From Escherichia phage dhaeg, in sequence record MN850609.1: 64,000 nt of DNA, one strand, 5' to 3'. The notes below the pieces were generated by a model. The model had not been told where the DNA came from. It did not search any database and was given only the letters and a program-made list of their open reading frames with translations. Below are positions 16,940 through 26,809 of the stretch, one piece after another. Within the stretch, counting starts at the first letter, position 1. Each line of letters starts with the position of its first letter. Both the position numbers and the translations under genes were made by a program.

Positions 16940-17196
16940 TGGCCGTTGGATTTGCTAAGGACGGGGCCGAACAGCTCGAAATGGAAGCGGTCGTACAGGC
17001 CGCTATAGTACACGCCCGTAAGCAAGTAGCAGTTGAACGTGAATCGGCTAAATATTGTTTTGATTGTGATGAAGAGATTCCTGAAGCACGACGTCAAGCT
17101 ATTAAGGGTGTGATATACTGTGTAGGTTGTCAGTCAATGCATGATGAAATTTTTAAACGTGAGCCACGTAACTGTTGGCATAGGAGCATGAGATGA
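16939..17196 (+). CDS. DksA/TraR-type C4 zinc-finger protein
   Basis: CFDCDEEIPEARRQAIKGVIYCVGCQ motif; GTG start overlapping upstream stop. Confidence 0.5.
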   Translation: MAVGFAKDGAEQLEMEAVVQAAIVHARKQVAVERESAKYCFDCDEEIPEARRQAIKGVIYCVGCQSMHDEIFKREPRNCWHRSMR

Positions 17197-17287
17197 TTTA
17201 CTATCTTGAACCTTGGGCTTGGCTTACAATGCTTATTGGTCCAGTTTTAATAGGTTTATTCTTTTCACGGTTAGCGAGGAAACTGTA

Positions 17288-17497
17288 ATGTTATACGACC
17301 CGAGTGGTAATTCTGAAGATGGTGTTATTGTTTTGAAACCTGAAACATTAGCAGGTTCAGGTGATGATATGACTGTTGAAGTGGTAGAGTGGAATCTTAT
17401 TAAAGGCGGAATTGTCCTGGAACAAGATGACGAGGTCATTTATCTGGATGCAAGCCAAGTCGAAGAGCTTTATAGTATTTTAAAACATAACCGGTGA
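17288..17497 (+). CDS. Hypothetical small acidic protein
   Basis: ATG 17288 after SD GCGAGGAAA. Confidence 0.5.
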   Translation: MLYDPSGNSEDGVIVLKPETLAGSGDDMTVEVVEWNLIKGGIVLEQDDEVIYLDASQVEELYSILKHNR

Positions 17498-17500
17498 TTT

Positions 17501-17683
17501 ATGAAAACCAAAGAAAAGCACTTAAAGCTTGAAGAGCTTATCGAGGCCTATGCTGGTACAGTTGCCAGATTCGAAACAGCATTTTGTCACCATTACTCGG
17601 TTGATGATTGTACTAGGCTTTCTAAAGAAGAAGATAAAGCCCTTAAAGAATTGCTAAATTTTATTAAACAAAATGTGAAATGA
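17501..17683 (+). CDS. Hypothetical small protein
   Basis: ORF. Confidence 0.5.
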   Translation: MKTKEKHLKLEELIEAYAGTVARFETAFCHHYSVDDCTRLSKEEDKALKELLNFIKQNVK

Positions 17684-17693
17684 GGAACGGAAA

Positions 17694-18254
17694 ATGATTA
17701 TTGAAACATCTGGGCTGTTTGGTGACCTGACTGCTGAAGTAGTTGATAATGCAATTGTGCTTTCACAAGAAGACGATAAAATCGTACTGACTATCCAAGA
17801 TATCAAGCCGCTTTATGATTTAAAGGTTTTGGACAAACACGAATATCTTAATGGCAGATTTAGAGGTGTATTTGATATTAATGATGGTTTATGGGCCCAG
17901 ATTTATAACCATGACAAAGGGTTTAATTTGGAAACAGACGGAGAATGTCTGAGCATTAGCGATTCTAGTAATTTCTTTAAATGTATTTTTAAACTGTTCC
18001 AGGAAGAATGCAAGCCGGAAGTTGAATGGAAAGTCCCTGGTCAAGATGCCGTAATTCGTTCTAGTGAAACATTTGAAGGTGATGAAGAAGAAATGGATTA
18101 TGATACCGAACTAACCGTGTATCAACACCAGGGCCGTGATTTGCTATCCTTGGTCCAAAGACACGACGGTGAAAATGAAGTTGTATTTACGAAGGACGAG
18201 CTAAAAGTTTTAGTATCTTATCTGAACTCTGTTATCCCAACTATGAACTCTTAA
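17694..18254 (+). CDS. Acidic hypothetical protein (186 aa)
   Basis: SD TGAGGAACGGAAAATG; strongly acidic composition. Confidence 0.65.
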   Translation: MIIETSGLFGDLTAEVVDNAIVLSQEDDKIVLTIQDIKPLYDLKVLDKHEYLNGRFRGVFDINDGLWAQIYNHDKGFNLETDGECLSISDSSNFFKCIFKLFQEECKPEVEWKVPGQDAVIRSSETFEGDEEEMDYDTELTVYQHQGRDLLSLVQRHDGENEVVFTKDELKVLVSYLNSVIPTMNS

Positions 18255-18263
18255 GGAAATATT

Positions 18264-18716
18264 ATGATTATCAATGAAAACTCTTGGCATGTTAAATTAC
18301 ATGACCGCTTTTATGCCAGTTATTCGCGTCCGCGATCATTATGCGCATACTTCTGGAAAATGGTTTGGGTGTGCTTTATGTGTTCTGTGCTTGCAGGTAG
18401 TACTATTTTCGGCTTAACTGTTGCAGGTGCCGGTATATTGGAGCAGTTCTTTGTATTGAGTACTCCTGTTGGTTTAAGTTTAGGTTTTATTTTAGGACTG
18501 ATTATAATAGCCCTTATTCTAGCGGTAGCTTTTGGTTTGGTGTATGGTCTAATGAATTTATGGGCCCGGTACGATTTACGTAAAGAAGAAAAAGAATGGG
18601 AACGCATTAAAGCTAAACGTGAAGGAAAGGAAATTAAAGAAAATGTTTTCATTCAATATATTAAAGCTCGTAAATCTAAGATGTGTCCGGTAATCCATTT
18701 TGAGGCTAAGAAATGA
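18264..18716 (+). CDS. Membrane protein (two TM segments)
   Basis: SD TAAGGAAATATTATG; hydrophobic core, Lys/Glu-rich tail. Confidence 0.6.
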   Translation: MIINENSWHVKLHDRFYASYSRPRSLCAYFWKMVWVCFMCSVLAGSTIFGLTVAGAGILEQFFVLSTPVGLSLGFILGLIIIALILAVAFGLVYGLMNLWARYDLRKEEKEWERIKAKREGKEIKENVFIQYIKARKSKMCPVIHFEAKK

Positions 18717-19723
18717 GAACAGTTATGAAAGGCTACTTCGGTAGCCACCTTTATGGAACAAGTACTCCGGAATCTGATGTCGATTTTAAAGAAATCTTTG
18801 TTCCACATCCGCGTGATATTCTGTTAGGTACGGCAATGAACCATACCAACCTGAACACGAATAACACTGCTTCCAAAAACACTAAAGATGATGTTGACCA
18901 TGAGCTTTACAGTCTGAAATATTTCTTTAAACTAGCTGCTGAAGGCGAAACCGTTGCTCTGGATATGCTCCACACTCCGCCTGAAATGGTGGTTAAATCT
19001 GATTTACCTGATGTATGGAAATTTATCCAAGATAACCGTTCGCGTTTCTATACAACCAACATGAAAGCCTATTTAGGGTACGTCCGTAAGCAAGCTTCTA
19101 AATATGGTGTTAAGGGTTCTCGACTGGCTGCTTTACGTGGTGTACTGGCAATTGTTAACCAGATTCCTGAACAGTGGGTTGATTATCAAGAAGATGGTTC
19201 TACTAAGCAACGACGTACTAAGGTAGAAGATATTAAGCACCGGCTCCCTGAAAATGAGTTCTGTGAATGGGTATTTCATAACCACGAGAAAACAGGTCCT
19301 CAAACGTTCTATACCGTCCTCGGTCGTAAATACCAAACTACTTTGTCATTAATCGAGCTCAAGCAATCTCTGAATAAACTTGATGCCGAATATGGTGAAC
19401 GTGCTCGTAAGGCCGAAGCCAATGAAGGTATTGACTGGAAAGCTCTGAGCCACGCTTATCGTGCTGGATATCAGTTGAAGGAAATCTATCAAACAGGCGA
19501 TTTGGTTTATCCACTTAAAAATGCTTCTATTATTAAAGCAATAAAAGCAGGTGATATGCCTTTTAAAGTGGTCCAAGGGCTGCTAGAAAACATTGTTGAT
19601 GAAGTTGAAGTCCTGGCTGTACAAGCTCATAAGAACGGTATACCTGAGAAGGTGGACATGAAGTTCTGGGACAAGTTCGTCGAAGAGGTGTATCTTGACA
19701 ACCACAACTCTTATTACCGCTAA
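18713..19723 (+). CDS. Pol-beta-superfamily nucleotidyltransferase-like protein
   Basis: GS-x10-D-x-D signature (YFGSHLYGTSTPESDVDFKEIF). Confidence 0.65.
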   Translation: MRTVMKGYFGSHLYGTSTPESDVDFKEIFVPHPRDILLGTAMNHTNLNTNNTASKNTKDDVDHELYSLKYFFKLAAEGETVALDMLHTPPEMVVKSDLPDVWKFIQDNRSRFYTTNMKAYLGYVRKQASKYGVKGSRLAALRGVLAIVNQIPEQWVDYQEDGSTKQRRTKVEDIKHRLPENEFCEWVFHNHEKTGPQTFYTVLGRKYQTTLSLIELKQSLNKLDAEYGERARKAEANEGIDWKALSHAYRAGYQLKEIYQTGDLVYPLKNASIIKAIKAGDMPFKVVQGLLENIVDEVEVLAVQAHKNGIPEKVDMKFWDKFVEEVYLDNHNSYYR

Positions 19724-19919
19724 AGAAGAAATCAAGGTTTTCCTGTCATATGGAAGACCTCATAAAACCTGTCGTTGGTATCTTGAAGTAGTTTGTAGAG
19801 AAACCGGTAGACGAATCAATTTCAAGTACGTATGCAAGCCTACGTCTAAGCAGATAAGACGGTGTATTAACTGGGCTATCAATAATATCCGCTTCCATAA
19901 TTATTGGAGCGCAATTTAG
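19695..19919 (+). CDS. Possible small basic Cys-containing protein with TTG start
   Basis: Open frame without ATG; TTG preceded by GAAGAGG SD; uncertain. Confidence 0.3.
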   Translation: MTTTTLITAKEEIKVFLSYGRPHKTCRWYLEVVCRETGRRINFKYVCKPTSKQIRRCINWAINNIRFHNYWSAI

Positions 19920-19940
19920 GAACCTTCGGGTTCCTTTTTT
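19919..19940 (+). terminator. Rho-independent terminator
   Basis: GGAACC-TTCG-GGTTCC followed by TTTTTTT. Confidence 0.65.
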
Positions 19941-19960
19941 TGGGTTCAGCACAAAAAAGT

Positions 19961-20001
19961 GTTTACAACCTAGTAGAGCATGTTATTATGGACCTATCAA
20001 A
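19961..20001 (+). promoter_or_regulatory. Early promoter cassette (GTTTAC-N17-TGTTATTATGGACCTATCAA)
   Basis: GTTTAC 19961-19966, -10 TATTAT 19984-19989. Confidence 0.55.
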
Positions 20002-20026
20002 TCTACTGAGTGAAACGGAGAATATA

Positions 20027-21007
20027 ATGTTAACTATCAAAATCAACAAAGGTATCTATCGAGGTAATGAAATCTCTGGTACGTTCATGAGTTCAGGTAA
20101 AACCTGGTTCCCTAATAAAATTCATGAATCCGAAGCTCACCTCGGTGACGGCAAGGTATTTGTACAGATTGATGGTGTTGAACGTGGTGTGTGGGTGTTC
20201 AAATGTGACATCGAAATGGAAGGTGCTGAAGCTCCTGCAATGGTCACCGAATCCGCTGAAGAAATGAAACACCGCATCAACAAACGTTTTAAAGTAATGA
20301 ACATGATGACTAACGGAATCATCGATGGTAAAATTCGTTCCCTTATCATCTCTGGTGCCGCAGGTATTGGTAAAACATACTCTTTGGATAAAGCATTACA
20401 AAATGCCCATGAAAATGAAACTATCGAATATAAATCAATCAACGGAAAGATTAGTGGAATCGGTCTTTACGAGCAGCTTTGGAATAACCGCGGCCCTAAT
20501 AGTGTTCTTCTTATTGATGATGTTGATGTATTCTCTGACATGGATATCCTGAACCTTCTGAAAGCCGCATTGGATACTGGTGAAAAACGTAAGGTGTGTT
20601 GGAGCACTTCAAGTTCTTACCTCGACGATAAAAATATCGATAAAGAATTCGAATACGAAGGCACCATCGTGTTCATCACCAACGTTGATATTGACCGTGA
20701 ATTAGAGCGTGGAACTAAACTTGCTCCACACCTCCAGGCTTTAGTATCTCGTTCCGTTTATCTCGACTTGGGTGTTCACTCAAACGAAGAGATTATGGTT
20801 CGGGTTGAAGACGTTATCCTGTCCACTGATATGATGCAAAACCGAGGTCTGACCGATGCCGAGACTTATCAAGCTTTAGCATGGATGAAGGCTAATGTAT
20901 CTCGTCTTCGTAACGTATCATTACGTACAGCTCTTTATCTGGCGGACTTCATTGCCACCGATAAAAATGACTGGAGCGAAATCGCTGAAGTTACACTTCT
21001 GAAATAA
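20027..21007 (+). CDS. AAA+/P-loop ATPase-like protein
   Basis: Walker A GAAGIGKT, Walker B LLIDDVD; ATG 20027 after SD ACGGAGAA (track start lies in terminator/promoter). Confidence 0.65.
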   Translation: MLTIKINKGIYRGNEISGTFMSSGKTWFPNKIHESEAHLGDGKVFVQIDGVERGVWVFKCDIEMEGAEAPAMVTESAEEMKHRINKRFKVMNMMTNGIIDGKIRSLIISGAAGIGKTYSLDKALQNAHENETIEYKSINGKISGIGLYEQLWNNRGPNSVLLIDDVDVFSDMDILNLLKAALDTGEKRKVCWSTSSSYLDDKNIDKEFEYEGTIVFITNVDIDRELERGTKLAPHLQALVSRSVYLDLGVHSNEEIMVRVEDVILSTDMMQNRGLTDAETYQALAWMKANVSRLRNVSLRTALYLADFIATDKNDWSEIAEVTLLK

Positions 21008-21017
21008 AGGTGAAATT

Positions 21018-21359
21018 ATGTTCGAACAATTTAGTTATGACCTTATAAAAACAGAGTTGAAATACTCTAATGCCATGAAACAGTCTATTGAAGACTATGA
21101 TAATGAATTTAAACACCAATTCGCCGAGAAGGTTTACAAAACCGATTGTGAAGAAGGAGACTACAAGAGACTGGCCTTGGCCGCGAAGACCCAAGCCTTA
21201 ATAAATCTAGACCGTAAGCAGGTTAAGTTGGCAGGCGACTTCAGAGATGAACTCTGCGCCATCAGGAACGAATACCTTATTCGTATTAAACACCAACGGA
21301 AAGAGAACACCCAATCCGCATGGTTTAGTGGGCAAGCCGGTGAAAAAAGTTTTTATTAG
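21018..21359 (+). CDS. Hypothetical protein
   Basis: SD AAGGTGAAATTATG. Confidence 0.6.
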   Translation: MFEQFSYDLIKTELKYSNAMKQSIEDYDNEFKHQFAEKVYKTDCEEGDYKRLALAAKTQALINLDRKQVKLAGDFRDELCAIRNEYLIRIKHQRKENTQSAWFSGQAGEKSFY

Positions 21360-21361
21360 TT

Positions 21362-21402
21362 GTTTACATCTCCAGTAGAAATGATACTATAGACCTATCA
21401 AC
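21362..21402 (+). promoter_or_regulatory. Early promoter cassette with stem-loop (CTCCAGTAG / CTAATGGAG)
   Basis: GTTTAC 21362-21367, TACTAT 21385-21390. Confidence 0.6.
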
Positions 21403-21416
21403 TAATGGAGGTTATC

Positions 21417-21941
21417 ATGAACGCTAAAGATATTTTTTCACTGATTAATTTTAACAATGGTAATTTCAAATCTGAAAAACAAAGCAAGTTCTTTAACGAC
21501 GTTGCTTGTGGTAATGAGATTACCGTATCTGGAGGAGAGATTTACAAAAGCCGTTGGAACTGGATTGTTATCATCGATTCAGTTGGTATTGTAGAGCTCT
21601 ATAAAAACACTAACAAAAAACGTACTCTTCACTGGAGTCGTGAAACCAATCAAGCTTATCAAGCCGAGCGTAATAAACGTTTAATGCCTACTGAATCTGA
21701 CCTGGCAAACGTTAAATCAGATATCGCTTATTTTGATAACTTGATTGCCGAACAACAAGCGGTTATTGATAAGTTTGACGAAATCAAAGCTTGTAAAGAG
21801 ATTCCTGAATTTATGCGGGAATCAGTAAACGAACAGTATGCCCTCACTTCAGGTCGTATCGAGCAGTACAAATCACAACGAGCTGAACGCCAAGCTCTGC
21901 TTCAGAAATTTGAAGAGCGTTTAAAGACGGTTCTCGCATAA
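21417..21941 (+). CDS. Hypothetical protein
   Basis: ATG 21417 after SD GGAGG. Confidence 0.6.
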   Translation: MNAKDIFSLINFNNGNFKSEKQSKFFNDVACGNEITVSGGEIYKSRWNWIVIIDSVGIVELYKNTNKKRTLHWSRETNQAYQAERNKRLMPTESDLANVKSDIAYFDNLIAEQQAVIDKFDEIKACKEIPEFMRESVNEQYALTSGRIEQYKSQRAERQALLQKFEERLKTVLA

Positions 21942-22004
21942 ACGCTTTATACCAAGGATGGTATAATGGTTCTAGGTTCTTAATTACTTACTGAGGAAAT
22001 TATT

Positions 22005-22850
22005 ATGTCACAAGCAATTAATCAAATTCGTTCTGAAGTTAAAAAAGTTGTTAAATTTGGTCGTATTCCTAGTTCTAAAGAAGTGGTTGAAAAGGTCCTA
22101 TATATGATGTGGGACAAGTTCAATGTTTGTACTGTTAAAGATGACTTTATTAAAATCTTTGACAAGACTAAAGGTTCGTTTACGTTAGAAGACCGGGTCA
22201 TGAAAACTCTTCGTAAAACAGGTATGTTGTCTCGTGCTAATGCCAAAATTATTCTTAAAAATTATAACAAAGGCTACGACCTTTATGGTCGTTTAATCCC
22301 GGCGATGTCATTTGGTGAAGTTGTTCAAGACCTTCATGCCAACCAACGACGTTTACTGGCTCTTGGCGCTCGACTTGCAAAAGGTCTTGATAAACAAATG
22401 ACATTTAAGACTAACGGTTCAGGTGATTGGATTATCTTTAATATTGTTAACCACCCTGGAAATGAAAATGAGTATACCATTTCGACTTTTAGTGGTTGTC
22501 AATACGACAACTGGAAGTTCCATCTGCGCTTGGCCCTGTCTGAATTAGAACAACACGGTGTTCTTAGTTTTGGTGATGCTGAAACTGGAGTAGGTCAGCG
22601 TATTAAACTTTATAAAATTAAAGACCTGGCTGAAGAGCATTCAGAACAAGCTCCTAAAATGGAACCTGTACCAGTGCGCAGCAATGAGAAACATCAGGCC
22701 CAGATTGAGTATTTTAGCAATTTGCTTACTTGCTTGAATGTTACAATCCAACAACAAGATGATGAGATTTTCCGACTCTCTGGTCTTAATGCCAAAGCTA
22801 AGGCTGAACGCCAGAAATATATCGATATCCTAAATCTTCTTAAGGATTAA
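22005..22850 (+). CDS. Hypothetical protein (281 aa)
   Basis: SD CTGAGGAAATTATTATG. Confidence 0.7.
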   Translation: MSQAINQIRSEVKKVVKFGRIPSSKEVVEKVLYMMWDKFNVCTVKDDFIKIFDKTKGSFTLEDRVMKTLRKTGMLSRANAKIILKNYNKGYDLYGRLIPAMSFGEVVQDLHANQRRLLALGARLAKGLDKQMTFKTNGSGDWIIFNIVNHPGNENEYTISTFSGCQYDNWKFHLRLALSELEQHGVLSFGDAETGVGQRIKLYKIKDLAEEHSEQAPKMEPVPVRSNEKHQAQIEYFSNLLTCLNVTIQQQDDEIFRLSGLNAKAKAERQKYIDILNLLKD

Positions 22851-22852
22851 TT

Positions 22853-22933
22853 ATGGAATGGCTCGCTGTTCTTGGTTATGTAATCGTAGCCACGGGTGTT
22901 CTGTGGCTAATTTTCTCAAACATTATAGGTTAA
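22853..22933 (+). CDS. Possible 26-aa hydrophobic peptide
   Basis: SD AAGGA 7 nt upstream; MEWLAVLGYVIVATGVLWLIFSNIIG. Confidence 0.35.
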   Translation: MEWLAVLGYVIVATGVLWLIFSNIIG

Positions 22934-22934
22934 T

Positions 22935-23150
22935 ATGGAAATCTTAGGTTTTATTCTCCTTTACTTTGTGCTAGGATTTATGACGACCTTTATCATTCAT
23001 AAATCAGGTGATTGGAATCCGATCGAAATTGAATCAAGCTATGATGCAGTATTCATTACACTAGTATGGCCCCTACTTTGGGTTGTTTTGGTCATTATGA
23101 TGGTGTTTTGGCCTATCGCTAAATTCTATGAAAAATTATTTGGACTTTAA
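22935..23150 (+). CDS. Small membrane protein
   Basis: Two hydrophobic helices. Confidence 0.5.
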   Translation: MEILGFILLYFVLGFMTTFIIHKSGDWNPIEIESSYDAVFITLVWPLLWVVLVIMMVFWPIAKFYEKLFGL

Positions 23151-23151
23151 T

Positions 23152-24021
23152 ATGAACATTAAAACACGTAAAGAATACTCTATATACGACCATGACACAA
23201 CTCGTCGTATCGCTATTGACAGGTTAGCCGACTTTGGTCATATTTGTAATGGTAATTATACTTATGGCGTAGGTCGTAAAGGAACTTATATTTCTTCTTT
23301 GAACGATTATTGCCGTCGCCCAGCCCACCTGTTTGGTGCAACATTACGAGCTAATATCAAAGACCTCTTGGCTACTGCAGGACGTATTTCTACGGTTCCT
23401 GTTAATATCAAGAATATTAATTTTACGGCCCGTAACCTAGTCATTAATATTCTGTCTGACGGTATTCAAGTTCGTTTTCGCCCCACCTCAAAAGGTAATA
23501 AGGCCCTTCGTGAAGCATTCGAAACCTTATTCAGAGAAGCAATGACTCGTATTAAGGCCGTAGAATCATATAAAGTTACAACCGATGAATATGCTGATTG
23601 TTCCGGGCAAGCCGATGCAGTGTATATCAGAGTTAAACTAACTAGCGAATATCTTTTATCTTATGCCCCTTATCAACCCCAACAAAAGGACCCACAAATG
23701 GAACGTCGTATCTCTGCAGTATCATGTGACAGCGTAGGCCAGTATGCAGCCTATGACAAATTCAAAACCACCGCTGTGCCTAGTCCATTCAATTCCGAAC
23801 CGTATCATTGGAAAATTAAACCTGATAATTCTTTGGTTGTTACTAACCCTACGATGAAACCTATTGAGACCTATTATGCAGATAGCATTCAGGAATCAAT
23901 CCATCGTTTAAATGGTCAGATTGAAGATGAGAAAAAGAGCATTCAAGACGTTCTTAATCGCATCAAGAATATGGAAAACCAGCGTGACAAGCTTCGCGCG
24001 GCACTATTAGCTCTAAAATAA
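23152..24021 (+). CDS. Hypothetical protein
   Basis: ATG right after upstream stop (TAATATG); alternative start 23128. Confidence 0.6.
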   Translation: MNIKTRKEYSIYDHDTTRRIAIDRLADFGHICNGNYTYGVGRKGTYISSLNDYCRRPAHLFGATLRANIKDLLATAGRISTVPVNIKNINFTARNLVINILSDGIQVRFRPTSKGNKALREAFETLFREAMTRIKAVESYKVTTDEYADCSGQADAVYIRVKLTSEYLLSYAPYQPQQKDPQMERRISAVSCDSVGQYAAYDKFKTTAVPSPFNSEPYHWKIKPDNSLVVTNPTMKPIETYYADSIQESIHRLNGQIEDEKKSIQDVLNRIKNMENQRDKLRAALLALK

Positions 24022-24022
24022 T

Positions 24023-24052
24023 GTTTACATCCAAGGACGGATGGAGTATAAT
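24023..24052 (+). promoter_or_regulatory. Early promoter (GTTTAC -35, GAGTATAAT -10 within AAGGA/TCCTT inverted repeat)
   Basis: GTTTAC 24023-24028, TATAAT 24047-24052. Confidence 0.45.
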
Positions 24053-24080
24053 CCTTTTATCAACTACTGAGGAGAATATC

Positions 24081-25091
24081 ATGACCCGTACTGAATACAT
24101 CAATGCCTTTACTACGTATATCACTGACAATACCCCTCCATTAACCCCATATGAGGTGATAGTTTCCAATATCAATAAATGGGTAGACCAAATTGATGAA
24201 GATTTGTCGCTGTATTTTAAATCTGAAATAGAAAAGATTGCAGGGCGTTTGTTTATCCCTGATATCATAGATACATTTAAAGGTTCTCGACTTCTTTCGC
24301 GGCTGGTTAATAAGGATATCCTTTCAGAGTTTGGCAAAGAGAAACACCCAGGTTCCAGCCACGTTGTTAGCTACCAATGGTTTGGTGATGTTTTAAAAAG
24401 CTATATCAAAATGAAAGGTATGGATCCTAGTGGTCTATTTCCACAGCGTTGGACTAGTGAATTTAAGGCTAACTCTGCATTAATTCTCAAAGCGGCCTCT
24501 AAAACCATAGTTTCTGGTGATTCCCGTACTATTCACCCTATGGCTAATTGCATGATTAAAACAAATAGTTATAAAGGAAAAGCAATTATTTCTGTTATTT
24601 GGTCACCTAATAGGAAACCTAAAGATGACGCGGAAGTTGTAAAGTATCAAGATATTGCTTACGACACCTTGAATATTATCGAACAAGCCTTAGCTTTTAT
24701 GGATACAGTAGAGAAATATGAGACTCAAGAAGTAAAACATTTCTATGGCTGGAAAGGATACGAGGTCTTAGTAAAAGTTCGCGAAATCAAATGCCATGTT
24801 CCAAAAACTGACGCTGAAATTTACCAAGAAAAATGTGAGGAAATTGTGAACACTGATAAAGAGCCTGCTACATTAGAAGACTTGATTAACGACTTGAATA
24901 GCCCTATCATGGCTCCTACACCAATTACTAAATCCAAGTTACCGGAAATCGTTGCCTTAGAAAAAGCGTATAAAGATGCCCTTGCTATTAACAAAAAACT
25001 GACTGGCCAATATACCGCTGCCAAGAAACTTTGGGAAGAGTCTACCAATCGTTTAGACCGTCTTGAACAAGCTCTGGAGCTGTTGAAATGA
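24081..25091 (+). CDS. Hypothetical protein (336 aa)
   Basis: ATG 24081 after SD GAGGAGAATATC. Confidence 0.65.
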   Translation: MTRTEYINAFTTYITDNTPPLTPYEVIVSNINKWVDQIDEDLSLYFKSEIEKIAGRLFIPDIIDTFKGSRLLSRLVNKDILSEFGKEKHPGSSHVVSYQWFGDVLKSYIKMKGMDPSGLFPQRWTSEFKANSALILKAASKTIVSGDSRTIHPMANCMIKTNSYKGKAIISVIWSPNRKPKDDAEVVKYQDIAYDTLNIIEQALAFMDTVEKYETQEVKHFYGWKGYEVLVKVREIKCHVPKTDAEIYQEKCEEIVNTDKEPATLEDLINDLNSPIMAPTPITKSKLPEIVALEKAYKDALAINKKLTGQYTAAKKLWEESTNRLDRLEQALELLK

Positions 25092-25309
25092 AATATCAAT
25101 TAGCCGATGATATCGACCAAACTATTCCTGATTGGAATCAAATTATTAAAATTGTCGAACGTCGTGAAAAAGCTTCTAAGAACGTTCCTAACTGTCCTGA
25201 GTGCGGAACTGAACAAGTCCAGTTGACTCAATGGCGTCATAATCCGCTTCAGTATAAATGCCGTCATTGTAAACACCGATTTGAGCGAGATGAAAATGGC
25301 AAAGCGTAA
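25088..25309 (+). CDS. Small zinc-ribbon protein
   Basis: CPECG...CRHC motifs. Confidence 0.55.
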   Translation: MKYQLADDIDQTIPDWNQIIKIVERREKASKNVPNCPECGTEQVQLTQWRHNPLQYKCRHCKHRFERDENGKA

Positions 25310-25532
25310 AGAATATGTAGAGGCCGCTGATAAGGCGGTCCGTGAACTTACTTTGGCTTATTATAAAGAGCACGGTAAATTTCCGGACAGTTATTCAGTA
25401 TTGAAATCTGCTTTAACTCGTTCGTATAATAATATACTATCTGATGTATATGATTTAAAATACGAACACCTCGAAAAATACGGAACAGAACTTGACCGTT
25501 CTGAAGCATTCAAACAAGTATTAGGAATTTAA
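25281..25532 (+). CDS. Hypothetical small protein (start uncertain, 25281/25296)
   Basis: ORF. Confidence 0.5.
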   Translation: MSEMKMAKRKEYVEAADKAVRELTLAYYKEHGKFPDSYSVLKSALTRSYNNILSDVYDLKYEHLEKYGTELDRSEAFKQVLGI

Positions 25533-25533
25533 A

Positions 25534-25797
25534 ATGTTTAAAGTTTATGGTTACGATTCAAATATTCACCGTTGTGTTTTCTGTGATAATGCCAAACGTC
25601 TACTTGATGTTAAGAAACAACCTTACGAATTCATTAACGTGATGCCGGAAAAAGGTGTATTTGATGATAAGAAGATTGCTGAACTCTTGGCTGCTCTTGG
25701 TCGTGAATCTCAAGTAGGTTTGACCATGCCTCAGGTATTTGCTCCTGACGGAACTTCTATTGGTGGCTTTGACCAACTGCGAGCATATTTCAAATGA
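25534..25797 (+). CDS. nrdC: Thioredoxin/glutaredoxin (RNR reductant)
   Basis: CVFC redox motif in MFKVYGYDSNIHRCVFCDNAKRLL; 87 aa, matches T4 NrdC. Confidence 0.85.
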   Translation: MFKVYGYDSNIHRCVFCDNAKRLLDVKKQPYEFINVMPEKGVFDDKKIAELLAALGRESQVGLTMPQVFAPDGTSIGGFDQLRAYFK

Positions 25798-25961
25798 TTG
25801 AATTATTGTTGGGTATTTTGTATCTTATCATCGGTATTGGTTATGCTAAGACCCTAGCTAAATTAGATGATTTCGGTGCAGGTGACTTTTGTTGGTGGCT
25901 GACGTCTATGATTTGTTGGCCTTTATTTCTGGTTGGTGCTTCATTCTGGAACTTTAAATGA
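25794..25961 (+). CDS. Possible small membrane protein (55 aa)
   Basis: ATGA overlap with nrdC stop; hydrophobic. Confidence 0.4.
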   Translation: MIELLLGILYLIIGIGYAKTLAKLDDFGAGDFCWWLTSMICWPLFLVGASFWNFK

Positions 25962-26266
25962 TTGGATTAAATGAACAGACCATTTTTCTAGGTGATGGTA
26001 CTGAAGACGACCTAGAATATAAACTATACGAATATATGGTTTGGTTGGCTAAAGCAGAAGGTATTGATTTTGTTGTGGCTAACCCGTATGGCGAGAATAC
26101 TGTTGTAATCGGTGGCACTGCTTATGAAGTCCAATGGCAATACGTTGGGCTAGAATCTGAAGAATTTGAAGAAGATGAGCATGGTGATTGGCATCCGGTT
26201 GGCCCTTGGTATTGGGAAAACGGCGAGCCTGATTTTGAAGTAAGTAGTTGGTGGTGTGACCGTTAA
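25958..26266 (+). CDS. Acidic Trp-rich hypothetical protein
   Basis: ORF, ATGA overlap start. Confidence 0.55.
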   Translation: MIGLNEQTIFLGDGTEDDLEYKLYEYMVWLAKAEGIDFVVANPYGENTVVIGGTAYEVQWQYVGLESEEFEEDEHGDWHPVGPWYWENGEPDFEVSSWWCDR

Positions 26267-26382
26267 GCCATGGTATGTCGCTCGGTGGGAAACTACCGAG
26301 CCAGAGGAACCGGTTTACAACGATTCCGAAATAGAGTATAATGAACCTTCAAACAATGATTTAATCGATATGGAGTTTGGAT

Positions 26383-26556
26383 ATGAGTACCAAAATTGAA
26401 GTTGGCCGTCACAAAGGCCGTCTGATTGAGCATTCGCTTTACGAGTTGTCGGATTCGGGTTCTTTACCTGACCTAGAATCCGATTTGATTAAAGCTGCTG
26501 CTGACTATATCCATTGGCTTGAAGCTCAACTTCGCTTTGCTGATAAGGCGTTCTGA
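26383..26556 (+). CDS. Possible small protein (57 aa)
   Basis: SD GGAGTTTGG before ATG. Confidence 0.4.
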   Translation: MSTKIEVGRHKGRLIEHSLYELSDSGSLPDLESDLIKAAADYIHWLEAQLRFADKAF

Positions 26557-26632
26557 TGAAAACTTCTACTGTAATCTTGTGCTTATGGGGAATTTTTAAT
26601 TTGGGTATGCTTGTTTACTTGGTGGGTCAATT

Positions 26633-26809
26633 ATGAAAACTAAATTAGTCTATACTGAAAAGTTAAATGGTGACAAGGTCTGGAAACTTCTTATCAAAGG
26701 AAGTCCTACCGACCAGTTTATGGCCACCTGTATAGGGTTGTATACCCGTCCTACCAAAAAGATGATTCGTCAATTTAAACGGTTGCATCGCTCATTTTAT
26801 AATGTTTAA
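26633..26809 (+). CDS. Possible small basic protein (58 aa)
   Basis: ORF below track cutoff. Confidence 0.4.
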   Translation: MKTKLVYTEKLNGDKVWKLLIKGSPTDQFMATCIGLYTRPTKKMIRQFKRLHRSFYNV

